Part shown: positions 11,326 through 21,178 of the stretch, in pieces
How positions within the stretch are numbered: the stretch's first letter is position 1
How the letters are laid out: every line of letters begins with the position of its first letter
Assembly: GCA_946965045.2 (NCBI GenBank)
Contig: OX337228.1
Span: 2,170,001-2,234,000, forward strand
From: Epithemia pelagica
Lineage: Eukaryota; Protista; Bacillariophyta
Direction of reading: 5' to 3'
Length of the DNA: 64,000 nucleotides
Notes under the pieces: generated by a model
The model's input: only the letters and a program-made list of their open reading frames with translations
What the model was told of the DNA's origin: nothing
Databases searched by the model: none
Position numbers and translations under genes: made by a program

Positions 11326-12373
11326 ATGCCGTCAGGCAAAAATGAAGATGATTTCTTTTCCGAGTTGGCAGTAAAGGTGCTTGAAAGCAAAGCCAAGGGA
11401 CTGTTCGTTGAAAATCTGTCAGGTGACGACATTATCCCTCCTGTTGAAAGCCTTACTCAAGGAGTGCAAGCGACCGCGAAAAACAACGACCAGAAAACGA
11501 AGGCCAAGTGGACGTACAAGGCAATTCCAGCGGCTGGATGGTTTGCTGTGTGCCTATTCACAAAAAACGGTATTGCAACGGAGCGCGTTAAAAACGTCTT
11601 GCCTCTGATTACACGCGAAGATTACGGCACTAACGAAAAACAAAAGCACACACGGGCATCTGCACGTAAAGAAGCCGCCTCGTCGAAAGCTCGCGAACGC
11701 GGGGGTCGCGAAGATTTGAGTCGCGGTGGACAGAGTCGTCTCGTTGTACAGCCAGGTGAATCACAAGAACAAGCTCGAACCAAACTTATTGCTTCTATGG
11801 TGGACCTCATGGCCGATGACAAAGAGAATGAAGCTGGTGTTTAGCACTATTGAAAACCTCCAGAAGCGTTACAAGAATTTACAGCATAGCTTGAAGCGTC
11901 TGGAGTGGAAGATCAACAACAGGATGAAGGGAGGCTTTGATTGTTCGGAACTTGTTTCAGATCACGACCGTAAATGGGAAGAATCTGAGAACCTCCGTGA
12001 AGACATCGATAGCCTGATTGAAAAACAAGAAACCAAGCGGCAGTGCGAAAAACCAATTATTGAAAGGGCCAAGAAAGTTGTCAAATTGGTTGATTCACAA
12101 TTGGCCGATCCCAAAGCCACCCAGACTCCAATGATCAGTGTTCCTAAGGTTGCTCCACAGGTTGGTGGTTCGACCGTGGTGGGAAACACACCAGCCCAAA
12201 CTTGTCATCGCGGCATTCCAGAAGTTGCCTCGAAAGTGGTTGACCTCACAGCTGTCCAAACTCCCTTGCTCGATGCTCCCAAAAATGTGGCTACTATTGG
12301 AACAACTTCTAAGTCTGTCCCGACGGACATTACCCCACGCCGCATTGCTGGGTCTGGTGAAGTTTTGGAGTGA
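11326..12373 (+). pseudogene. Harbinger accessory ORF1 (putative DNA-binding partner), frameshifted near 11830
   Basis: ORF-track pieces 11101-11844 and 11726-12373 overlap in different frames inside the TIRs and converge on the transposase, the usual Harbinger layout. Confidence 0.6.
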
Positions 12374-12509
12374 AGATCATAACATGAGCCACGAACCAAA
12401 AATCAAAGAATAGTGTCCAAAAGACGATAACACAAGTCACCTCTCTAAAGAAGCCAAAAGAAGAAAATCAATCCAAAAGATCCCATAATTAATCTTGTAA
12501 CGATATTGG

Positions 12510-14031
12510 TTAGTTTATACGCACTCTGATAACACCCTTCTCATCTTTTGCTTTCTCTAAATAGTCTTTTTCTGGGGCGGTAAGAATTTCTTCCTCCAAT
12601 GTCTCTGTAGGAGACATGCCCTCGTCATCATCTTCGTCCACTGCTTCTTCACAATGATCGTCTCCTCTACCCATACCCGAAGAATCAAAGCGATGTAAAT
12701 CCTCACCATGGGATTGCATCCGATTTCTGAGAGGTTGCGGAATCGCTTGGACAATGTCTTCGTCATCAAAGTCGTCCAATGCAGTCAACCATTCATCTGT
12801 CTCCAATTTACCGTCGTATTCTAGCAACAGGTTGTGCAAGGCACAACAGGTTAGCCACACCCTATCTACAGCCTTGATTCCATGCAATTGTATTCCAGCT
12901 TTTAGAACACGCCACCGTCCCTTCAAAATACCGAACGTGCACTCAACGTCCTTGCGCAACGATTCCACCCATTCCGAAAATTGCAGACAAGCCAAACTTC
13001 CAGAAGTTTTGATGGGAGGTACAGTGCAAGACCAATTCAGGTACCCGTTGTCTACGAGCAGCCAAGCACCTCTATACTCTACCTCTGTCACTTGACCATC
13101 GGAGGTTCTCTGTAGCAACTTGAAGGGAAAGTTGTCAAGTACGTCGTCGCGTCCATAGCGGAGAGTCGTCGCCAACTCATCCTACTTCACCAATGTCATG
13201 TCGTTCCACCTTGCCGGATGTCCTTTTGTCGTACACAATATCTTCCGACGATGGTTTGTTACTTTATTATAAGTTCTTGCTGTCCCATGCAATTTGCGGG
13301 CGGTGTGTTCTTGTTTGAGATCGTGGAAAATTCTCTCAGCTAGAACATGAGTGGCATCCATGGAACCAATACACCCACGCATTCCTGCAGCTTTGTACTC
13401 GGGTGATCTTGCATCTTCAGAGGAAGCGGGAACTTGAACGTAGTTCTTGTACAGTATTTCAGCACCCCATTTGATGAAGCAATGGAAGAATTGCCTATGG
13501 GTTTCTTCATCTATTCCTGTACTTTCTTCCAGGTCATCAAACGTCCACCCTCGGCCAAGATAGCGCAATGCACCCAGGCTTAGAAGTTCTATAGGAACAG
13601 AAGGAGCTTTTTGTTGGTGTAGCGTCCCACCATACCACTGTCCAAAATTCAGAAGATTGAATCATTTTCAACAGCGACTTAAATGCAGAAAAGGGGAGAC
13701 GGAAACGTAGGCGAAATTTTCTTAACCACTTGACATCGAGGGGCTTCGGGTTTTCAATGTAGTTGAGATACCAAGGCGACATCCGGGGCTTCATTTCGAC
13801 CAAACTTCCATTGTCATCTTTGACATACAACTTCTTGGATGCCAACGTTGCTGACCTGGGGGTTCTAGTCCGAGGAGTCTTGGTGGAGGAGTTGCATGGT
13901 TCCGATTGATCTTCCAATGAAGCTAAAGCAGCAGCTGCGGCAGCTAAGTAGGACACTGTCTGTTTAACTCTCCTCCTCTTGGTTCGTCTGTCAAGAGAGT
14001 CATTTGATGAATCAGTATCGTAATCATCCAT
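12510..14031 (-). pseudogene. Harbinger DDE transposase (DDE_Tnp_4/HARBI1-like), one frameshift and one in-frame TAG
   Basis: KFRLRFRLPF; HTH RYLGRGWTFDDLEESTGIDEETHRQFF; GSMDATHV; LVDNGY; RKDVECTFGILKGRWRVL; CCALHN. Frameshift near 13550-13570; TAG at 13182-84 in frame with the downstream piece. Confidence 0.9.
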
Positions 14032-14066
14032 TATTGATATGTAATGACAAAAAATGACGAGAAAGG

Positions 14067-14131
14067 AATGAGGTAACAGAGGTATCCCTAATGGTGAAAA
14101 TGAGGTAATAGAGTTATCCCTAATGGTAAAA
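14067..14131 (+). repeat. Subterminal tandem duplication (~32 bp x2) upstream of the Harbinger transposase
   Basis: ATGAGGTAACAGAGGTATCCCTAATGGTGAAA followed by ATGAGGTAATAGAGTTATCCCTAATGGTAAAA. Confidence 0.7.
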
Positions 14132-15726
14132 TCATGTTTGGAGGGTTACCAAACCTGAGTTCAACTTTGGTAAAAACCAGAGGTCGACCAAAGTTGAACA
14201 GTCCGACAACCCGGATTTGACGTCATATTTCCGGGTTTTTGATGACGTGTCACGCTTCAGGTTTGGTTTGGTCGAAGGTAAAGGAATGGCCTTAGGAGTA
14301 GAAAACGGCAACTACTCTATCAACTACTCCTATCAACTATTGTACCACTCTATCTACTAGGTAGAGTAGATAGTACCTCTACTACTAGAGATACCAGCAT
14401 CATTCAAATGAGGAAGAGATGACGTAACTCTCAGACACAATCCTGTCCTTGTCCTCAAAGACACTACTCGTACTCGTATTGTAGTAGAAGATGATAAAGA
14501 CACCAGACAATCAATACAGAGAAAGGAATGGTGACATCGATGACCTGTCTCTTTTCCCCTCGTTACTGGTTGAAGATATCGTGGTCTGACCATCAGCCGC
14601 TACGAACTGTATACTTCAATGGTCCACGTCACACTATTAAGAGCAACTATGAGAGCGAAACTTTTTCGCCGAACTAGAAGCAACCTGACTAATTTGGCAG
14701 CCTGACTAAATTTGGTGGGCGGAATTCTGGGGTCACCGCGATGCCACCGTAGAAAACTTTGACAATTTATAACTTAACTTCTACTTAACCAATTTTGGAA
14801 TTTGAGGTGTCATTCAAAAGCCCAGAACGAGATCTGTCGATTGGGCACTTCAAAATGTGTTTTTGGCGCCAAATGGATGAAGGAAAGTTTAAATTGGTAG
14901 TCTAACTCAGCTACCTGCCCACACACAGTCTCGATCAGATTTGGTGCAGTCTAGCAAGAAACGACAATGACAAAGTCAGCATCCATCAAGGTAACATGAA
15001 TGCATAGTGTGTACCCAACAACTTCATTGTTGTCAACATGCTACCTTCAGCTCCAACAGTATCATTATCATCACACAGACCTGATGATACACGCAGGAAG
15101 CACTGTTGACATTCTCGCTGTGTCTTGTCCAGAAGGACTGGCATCTATCTCGACTCCAAGGGAACCAGCAGTATGAACAAGAAGAACTTGATCCTGTCTA
15201 TTGAGAAAGCCATGAAGGACATGAAAGACAATGAATAGGGGAGAAATCCGATTAATTAGTGTTATAGTGAGAAGTTACGTGTCAATTCACGTGATAGCCC
15301 GTATAAAACATTTTGGTCCAAATTAGTACGGGCTATCGCGGTGCCAAAGTGTCAGGTAGACCAGATATTTGCCAGAATCCAGAAATCCAGAAAATCCTGA
15401 ATAACTCGACCGGGTGTTGATCTTTTTCAAAACAAAGATTATCAGCAGATAGAGCTCGTCGAGCTCTGGGACACCCAGGATTTTTGTGGTGATCCACAGT
15501 TTTCTGTCTTGTCCGACATCCTACCAATGGTAACTTACCGGTATGATGAACGCCGTCCGATACGAAATATTTCTTAACACGACTTGAATCATCCGTTGGA
15601 TGTTGCCAATCGACTTTAACCGTTACTTACACGTTAAATCAAGATATCCTACAGTTTTTTACATCTATATAGTGTATCAATTAGTGTAGAATAATTTCCA
15701 TTATAGAGTAGAAGTACACTAATATT

Positions 15727-15985
15727 GTGTGTGGATGTTTGTGGACGTTTGTGGATCCACACACATCCACACGCATCCACAGACATCCACACACATCCAC
15801 AGACATCCACTGTGGATTTTTGTGGATATTTGTGGATCCACATTTATCCACAAATATCCACATTTATCCACGTGGACGTTTGTGGATCCACATTCATCCA
15901 CGTGGACGTTTGTGGATCCACAAACGTCCACGTGGATCTCCACAAATATCCACAAAAATCCACATTCATCCACAATCATCCACAC
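15727..15985. repeat. Left quasi-palindromic array of 10-bp units (TGTGGATGTT / CATCCACACA)
   Basis: About 25 units in alternating orientation centred on GTGGATCCAC and CCACGTGG; includes TTATCCACA at 15844-52. Confidence 0.92.
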
Positions 15986-16022
15986 AAGACTCGCCGAAGT
16001 AGAACTCAGAACTCGCACCACC

Positions 16023-16772
16023 ATGAGCAAGAAGACCACCGAGACCAAGACGGAGGCGAAAAGTGGGTGGGTCAATTGGCGAAGTTGTCCGGCACGGGAG
16101 GTCCTCCTTCAGGACCTGGAGCCAGGGGGTCTGCTTCACGACATGGACCATGTCGGAGCAGACGTCCTGTTCCATTTCTACAAATTAATGCCGCAATTCA
16201 ACGACGTCGGGTTTGACCAGTTCAAGGCTAGACTTGCTGACCATCGGAAGCAGTCTTGGAAGAAGCACGAACTAGCATCGAGGGATGAAGATGCTTGTGC
16301 TCACGATCGGCGGTTGTTTCCGCCGGAATATCGTGATTCAAGGGGCAAGCTCAAGTTCGATTTGCACCCTGCCAAGGCCCTCCTTCGGAAAGACGTCACC
16401 GAGAAGGTGCATCTGGGAATGAAGCCGTCGGAACTACGCAAGACGAGGATGGAGTACCAGGAGTTCGACGCAAAAACGTTCAAGGATCGAATTTATCAAG
16501 AAGTTCGACGCCAAAAGTACCTGAACCACTTGGCAATTGAGCGCGAAAACAAGAAAGCAGCAAAGAAACAATCAAACAATACACCGATGCTGGGAAAGGC
16601 TCACTTTCACCAATACCTCCGGATGTTGGGGATAGATGACAAGGCACCACCAAAAATGGATGTGGACGAACCACCGCAAAGCAAAAAAGGAAAACGCCGT
16701 GATCCACACAAAACACGCAAGAAACGAGTGCCCAACCCTGATGACGACAAGAAAAAGAAAAAGAAGAAGTAG
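16023..16772 (+). CDS. Transposon accessory ORF A (basic helical protein with an internal duplication, poly-K tail)
   Basis: ATG 16023 in the 347-aa ORF (the upstream part is translated repeat array). W..CPAREVLLQDL...FDQFKARL and F..HPAKALLRKDV...FDAKTFKDRIYQE form two related blocks; ends KKKKKKK (NLS-like). Confidence 0.7.
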   Translation: MSKKTTETKTEAKSGWVNWRSCPAREVLLQDLEPGGLLHDMDHVGADVLFHFYKLMPQFNDVGFDQFKARLADHRKQSWKKHELASRDEDACAHDRRLFPPEYRDSRGKLKFDLHPAKALLRKDVTEKVHLGMKPSELRKTRMEYQEFDAKTFKDRIYQEVRRQKYLNHLAIERENKKAAKKQSNNTPMLGKAHFHQYLRMLGIDDKAPPKMDVDEPPQSKKGKRRDPHKTRKKRVPNPDDDKKKKKKK

Positions 16773-16832
16773 CTAAATACGATAGTAGGCACATTGTATA
16801 CGAATCCACTCCTCTAGAGTAGTACTACTAAT

Positions 16833-17735
16833 TTAAGGCTCAAATAGAACCAGCGTTCCACAGTCGAGTCCGTATTGGACTGTCACTGCAACGGCACGGA
16901 ATGCGAGTCCATGCTTGTCGTCTGAGTGCCTCCATGTTTGGTTCATGGAGGCATAGAACGACATCTTGCCATTGAAGCTTTCATGGCGAAGACGGATGCG
17001 ACTCTTCATGTTGTTGGCCTGTTTCGTGTCGTGATGGTTCGGCCAGGCAACCTTCTCCTTAAAATCGTTCTTGATGTAGCCGCGATCGCACACGGCAAGC
17101 TTCCCCTTCGGAAGCATCGCGAGCACACCCGATCTTGAGAGCATCTCCTTGTCGCCCATCCCTCCGCGCACCGGCCCGTAGATGTGCACGCATTGCATAC
17201 GCTGGGCTGCAAGTACAATCTGGTACTTGAGTCCCCCATGCGCATGCTTCTGCGTATAGTTCTTGCGGTCGAACGGAAGAAACTCGGTCTGATGCTTCCG
17301 TTCCCACGTCTTTTTGTCGACGCCATCGACTGAGATGGCAACCTTTTCCGTTGTAGGACAGTTGAGGGAAGCTGGCCAGTAGATGACCTTGCTTTCAAGA
17401 CTCGCAAGGTGCGCAATCCAGTCCCAGAGGTGCTTGCCCTGGGCATATTCCGGACACATATCAAACTTATCACCTAGCTGTGTCGCATTGCGTGGGTAGT
17501 TCCATAGAAAGTAGTGGGCCACTAGGAACATCTTAAGGCCACGACGGACTTCTTTGCTTGTTAGAGTCCCGTGGCTTAAGTCAAACCACTGAGATGCCAT
17601 GACCAACGGATCAGCCCCATAGTGGGCTTTAAACTTTTCAATGCGTTTGGCCGAGTTGGACCTCTTTGAGTCAAGCTTGAGCAGACTCAGCCCATACTCC
17701 AGCACAAAGCTGGGATCCAAGAGTTCGGGCGCCAT
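16833..17735 (-). CDS. Intact IS5-like / PIF-Harbinger-ISL2EU-group DDE transposase (300 aa)
   Basis: SVDGVD (D1), GLKYQIVL...GPVRGGMGD, AVCDRGY (D2), RIRLRHESFNGKM (E), WRHSDDKHGLAF. Confidence 0.88.
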   Translation of the reverse strand: MAPELLDPSFVLEYGLSLLKLDSKRSNSAKRIEKFKAHYGADPLVMASQWFDLSHGTLTSKEVRRGLKMFLVAHYFLWNYPRNATQLGDKFDMCPEYAQGKHLWDWIAHLASLESKVIYWPASLNCPTTEKVAISVDGVDKKTWERKHQTEFLPFDRKNYTQKHAHGGLKYQIVLAAQRMQCVHIYGPVRGGMGDKEMLSRSGVLAMLPKGKLAVCDRGYIKNDFKEKVAWPNHHDTKQANNMKSRIRLRHESFNGKMSFYASMNQTWRHSDDKHGLAFRAVAVTVQYGLDCGTLVLFEP

Positions 17736-18063
17736 CCTTTATGCGCCATAGTGGTCACGTTCACGCAACAACCAAACGAGCAGGGTGACCGGCACTCGTG
17801 AAGGGCAGAGGAAAAAAGGTCACGAGTAGGTGGAGACAATCAACAATCAACACATGAAGGTGTCAGACTCACGGGGGAGAGCAACTACAAACTCGTAGAG
17901 TGAAACGAATACATAAACAAAAGAATCTTCTTTATCATTGGCGCTTAAACAACAATCAAACAAAGTCGGTTTCCAAGATTGGTCTGGCGGCTTCGCAATT
18001 CGTGTCAAGGAAGTGCATTGTTGTGTTTTTGTCCCTCGTCCACGGTTGCATAAGATTTCTAAG

Positions 18064-19673
18064 ATGGACGACCACGGCATAAAAATACATCTTCCACCAA
18101 GTGAAACCGAGAACGGGAAGAAGGAGGACGAGCTCCGAGACATCAAAAAAAGCCTCCTCCAAGAAATCGAGGAGAGCAATACACCCCGTCAAGAGGTTGA
18201 CCTTGCAAGCCTCTGCAACAGGAAACCGGGAATCTACGGCCAACCGGCATCTCGGACGAGGCGACAACTGCAATACTGGTGGCAGGCCGCGAAGAGACGT
18301 CCCATCCAATCTTATGTTGGATTCTTGGCCTCGTACGGCGTTATCCGTGGGAAGGCAACCGAGTCGGAACTTGCCTTGGAACTTCTTCAAGGTGAGCAAG
18401 AAATCATCCGGGCGACGAGGCGGGCCGAACAGCAACAGCAACAGGAACCACAGGAACCACACGAACAGGAAGAACAAGAACCACAGGAACAGACTGCTGT
18501 GAAGACCAAGCAGACAAGCAACAAGAAGAAGAAGAAGAAGAAGAAGCACAAGAAAACCATGGGCAAGGACGACGACACAACCACCATCACCGCTTCCACG
18601 AGCACAAGGAAAGCCGACGAGGACGACTACGACTACTCCTCAGATGAAGAGAGTAGCAGCAGCAGCAGCAGCAGTGATTCCTCCTCCGATGACTCCTTGG
18701 CCTCGTCGTCTCGAAAGAAGAAGAAGAAGAAGAAGTCAAAGCGATCGAAGAAACATCGCAAAAAGAAGAAGTCGAAGAGCAAGTCGCGGAAGTAGCTCTC
18801 TTCAAAGCCGAGAAAGGCTGAGAGGATGGAGCCTCCCGACACCGTCGAAACAGAGAAGGCCTTCGTCATCCCTCCCTCAGCCGCTGCCTCTCCTGCCATT
18901 CCGGAAGGGATGCTCTCCCCTGTCCCTGGGCCGAACAACGCTGTCCATACTCCCCACCAGAAATCTGCCCTCAAGAACCGACAGGCAACTCCCGGCCAGC
19001 AGCAGCATGTCTTCGGCGAGGTATCGGCCTTGAATGTGGACAACTACGACTACGTGCCGTGTGCCACCGACTACCAGGATGGAACCTTGGAAGCACCTTG
19101 GATCATTATTGTGTGTGAAGATTTTCCTGAGCGCCACCGAGGCTTCGACGTGTAGAAGGTGTCGCAAATTGTCCACCAAAACTGGCAACGTGAAGGATAT
19201 CACGTCCGTTGCCATGTGGCGACTCCTGATGTTTTCTTGTGGTCCGCAACCGTCCCTAAAGAAATTGGCGCCGGTCGCGTTATTCGGGTCAAACAGCCCT
19301 CCCAAGATTATTGGCTGCGAGACATCCAGGTGTACCATCATGGGCAGAAGGAAACAAGCGCACGTGTAAATTGTAAGTCAACGGAAACTGCGCACAAGGT
19401 GACCCAGACCGCGATCACGGCGAACAAGGAGGCACGCTTCTGGGCCTACACTAATATCGTTTTCCCCCAGCGACTGGACAACCAGATTTTCTCGGGTAAT
19501 GAAACCAAGATTACGATGCGCCACATTCCAGTGAAGATTCCTCCCGGTCACGCAGACAACAAGTAAAAAAAAAGACCTCACAAGCACTGTTATCTTCTGG
19601 CGCATCGCGATCAAGGGCCTGGGCGACGAAATCCAAGGCACAGAAAGCCATGAAGATGCCCATGCCTATGACT
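18064..19673 (+). pseudogene. Transposon accessory ORF C, broken by in-frame stops
   Basis: Track ORFs 17938-18795, 18826-19155 and 19159-19566 share one frame, separated by TAG 18793 and TAG 19153. A probable tail (DLTSTVIFWRIAIKG...) follows a poly-A frameshift near 19570. Poly-K and poly-S central tracts. Confidence 0.65.
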
Positions 19674-19763
19674 GAGATATGCACGACAACAACATGAGAG
19701 TTCTACATGACAACATACGTATTTAGGATTAGCGACTAGTGGTGATAAAAAAGATCTAAGAAA

Positions 19764-20237
19764 TTATTCGTTCATGTTACTATTACCGTCGTCGTTGCTG
19801 CGCTTCTTCTTCTTCTTGAGCTTGTACTTCCTGAAGTACACCTGGTCTTCGTCGTTGTGTTTCTCGATGGCCAGATCGATGTAGGTCATCATCATCCTAG
19901 CCAGATTTTCTCCTCCCTCACCAGTGGTCATGATTTCTTCAAACTCGGCCAATTTGGCCGCCAAAGACTTCATGAGGAGGTGCATGTCGGCGTTGTTCTT
20001 GAACACGCCCTCCTCGTAGCTCTCGGCAGGCCCCTCGAGCTGGGAAACGAGCACGAAGCTCTCGTGCTTTACCCTCGTACCCTTCAGCTTACCCTTGTCA
20101 TCCTTGAGGATGACGTAGGTATAGCACTGCGTCGGCTGCTTGTCGTTGTTAAGCCAGCCCTTCTTCTTCTTGTAGACTCCACTGATGAACTTGATTTGCT
20201 CACCCCTCTTGTCCTTGAGGTCTTCGTCGCTTGCCAT
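19764..20237 (-). CDS. Transposon accessory ORF D with a KOW-like N-terminal motif
   Basis: ATG 20237; RGEQIKFISGVYKKKKGWL resembles the KOW G-x-V-x-I-x-x-G-x-Y-x-G-x-x-G pattern; C-terminal KKKKKR NLS-like. Confidence 0.6.
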   Translation of the reverse strand: MASDEDLKDKRGEQIKFISGVYKKKKGWLNNDKQPTQCYTYVILKDDKGKLKGTRVKHESFVLVSQLEGPAESYEEGVFKNNADMHLLMKSLAAKLAEFEEIMTTGEGGENLARMMMTYIDLAIEKHNDEDQVYFRKYKLKKKKKRSNDDGNSNMNE

Positions 20238-20441
20238 GGTCGTTTCTTCTTCTGTATCCTCCTCTTTTTTCTTCTTCTCGAAGCTCAACCTGCTTGTGAT
20301 CGCCCCACGGCTATTGATTGATTGTTGTATTTTGTTCAGCGAGTTGTTGATGGTTTTGATCGCATTCTCTTCTTATCGCCACCCAGCGATGACAGGATAG
20401 CATCGATTCCCTTGCGTGTAATGAGAGAATTCTTTCATTCT

Positions 20442-20708
20442 TGTGTGGATGTTTGTGGATGTTTGTGGATGCACGCGTGCAATGTGGATGTTTGTGGATC
20501 CACATGCGTCCACAAACATCCACAGTGGATGAATGTGGATCCACAAACGTCCACGTGGACGTTTGTGGACGTTTGTGGGGCTTTGTGGATCCACAAACGT
20601 CCACAAACATCCACGTGGACGTTTGTGGATCCACAAAGCCCCACAAGCGTCCACAAACATCCACAGTGGGTCCACAAACATCCACAGTGGATCCACAAAG
20701 CCCCACAC
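20442..20708. repeat. Right quasi-palindromic array of the same TGTGGAT/ATCCACA 10-bp unit
   Basis: TGTGGATGTTTGTGGATGTTT..., GTGGATCCACAAACGTCCACGTGGACGTTTGTGG repeated; same unit family and similar length as 15727-15985. Confidence 0.92.
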
Positions 20709-21178
20709 CTTGACTGTACAAAAATTAATTATTGAAATTCTCTACAGTATTGAAATATAATTGATGTACAAAGACGTTAAGCACGCATCGCCAACAACAG
20801 TTTCCCTAAGTACCGATCGAGTAGGCACGTGCTTTGAGTCGTGATACCATTTCGCTAAAGGATGGCATCCTCGATAGACTGACAGCACAGAAATACCGTA
20901 CACGAACATCTGTCATCTCGTCATCATTACCAGTCCTGTACGAGCGCGGCGTGTCGATGGCGCCGGAACGGCACAAGGCTGACGCGACGATCCCCAATGC
21001 CAAGCAGCGCGCGTCAGACACTTCCCCCAAGATGTGAGGAAAGGAAGAGAGCTCACAATCTTTGGTTTGTGCCAAGTCTCAAGCCATCACACGTTGTGAC
21101 CGAAGTGAAGGTCTCTAGCGTAGTCGTCTAACAAAAAGATCTGATTGTTCCCTATCGCTCAACTTTACTGTTACAAGC

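Larger units (their letters stand above)
11068..14291 (-). mobile_element. PIF/Harbinger DNA transposon, full length (3224 bp), ORFs decayed
   Basis: 34-bp TIRs GGCCATTCCTATACCTCCGACCAAACCAAACCTG (11068-11101) vs reverse complement of 14258-14291, 2 mismatches. TTA target-site duplication at 11065-67 and 14292-94. Two convergent ORFs. Confidence 0.93.

Noticed and set aside
15649-16216. Multiple overlapping ORFs such as MWIFVDKCGSTNIHK... (also at 20311-20760)
   Set aside because: They are six-frame translations of the stop-poor TGTGGAT/ATCCACA arrays, not genes.
15727-20708. Repeat arrays as a CRISPR array or a bacterial oriC contaminant
   Set aside because: There are no unique spacers and no cas or dnaA genes. 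The units are contiguous 10-mers embedded among intron-containing eukaryotic genes and transposons.
20806-21075. Duplicated small ORFs MAQTKDCELSS... (also 28750-28950) and MGA(I/T)... ORFs near 28639-29257
   Set aside because: Antisense or incidental translations of the Ngaro A and B direct repeats.
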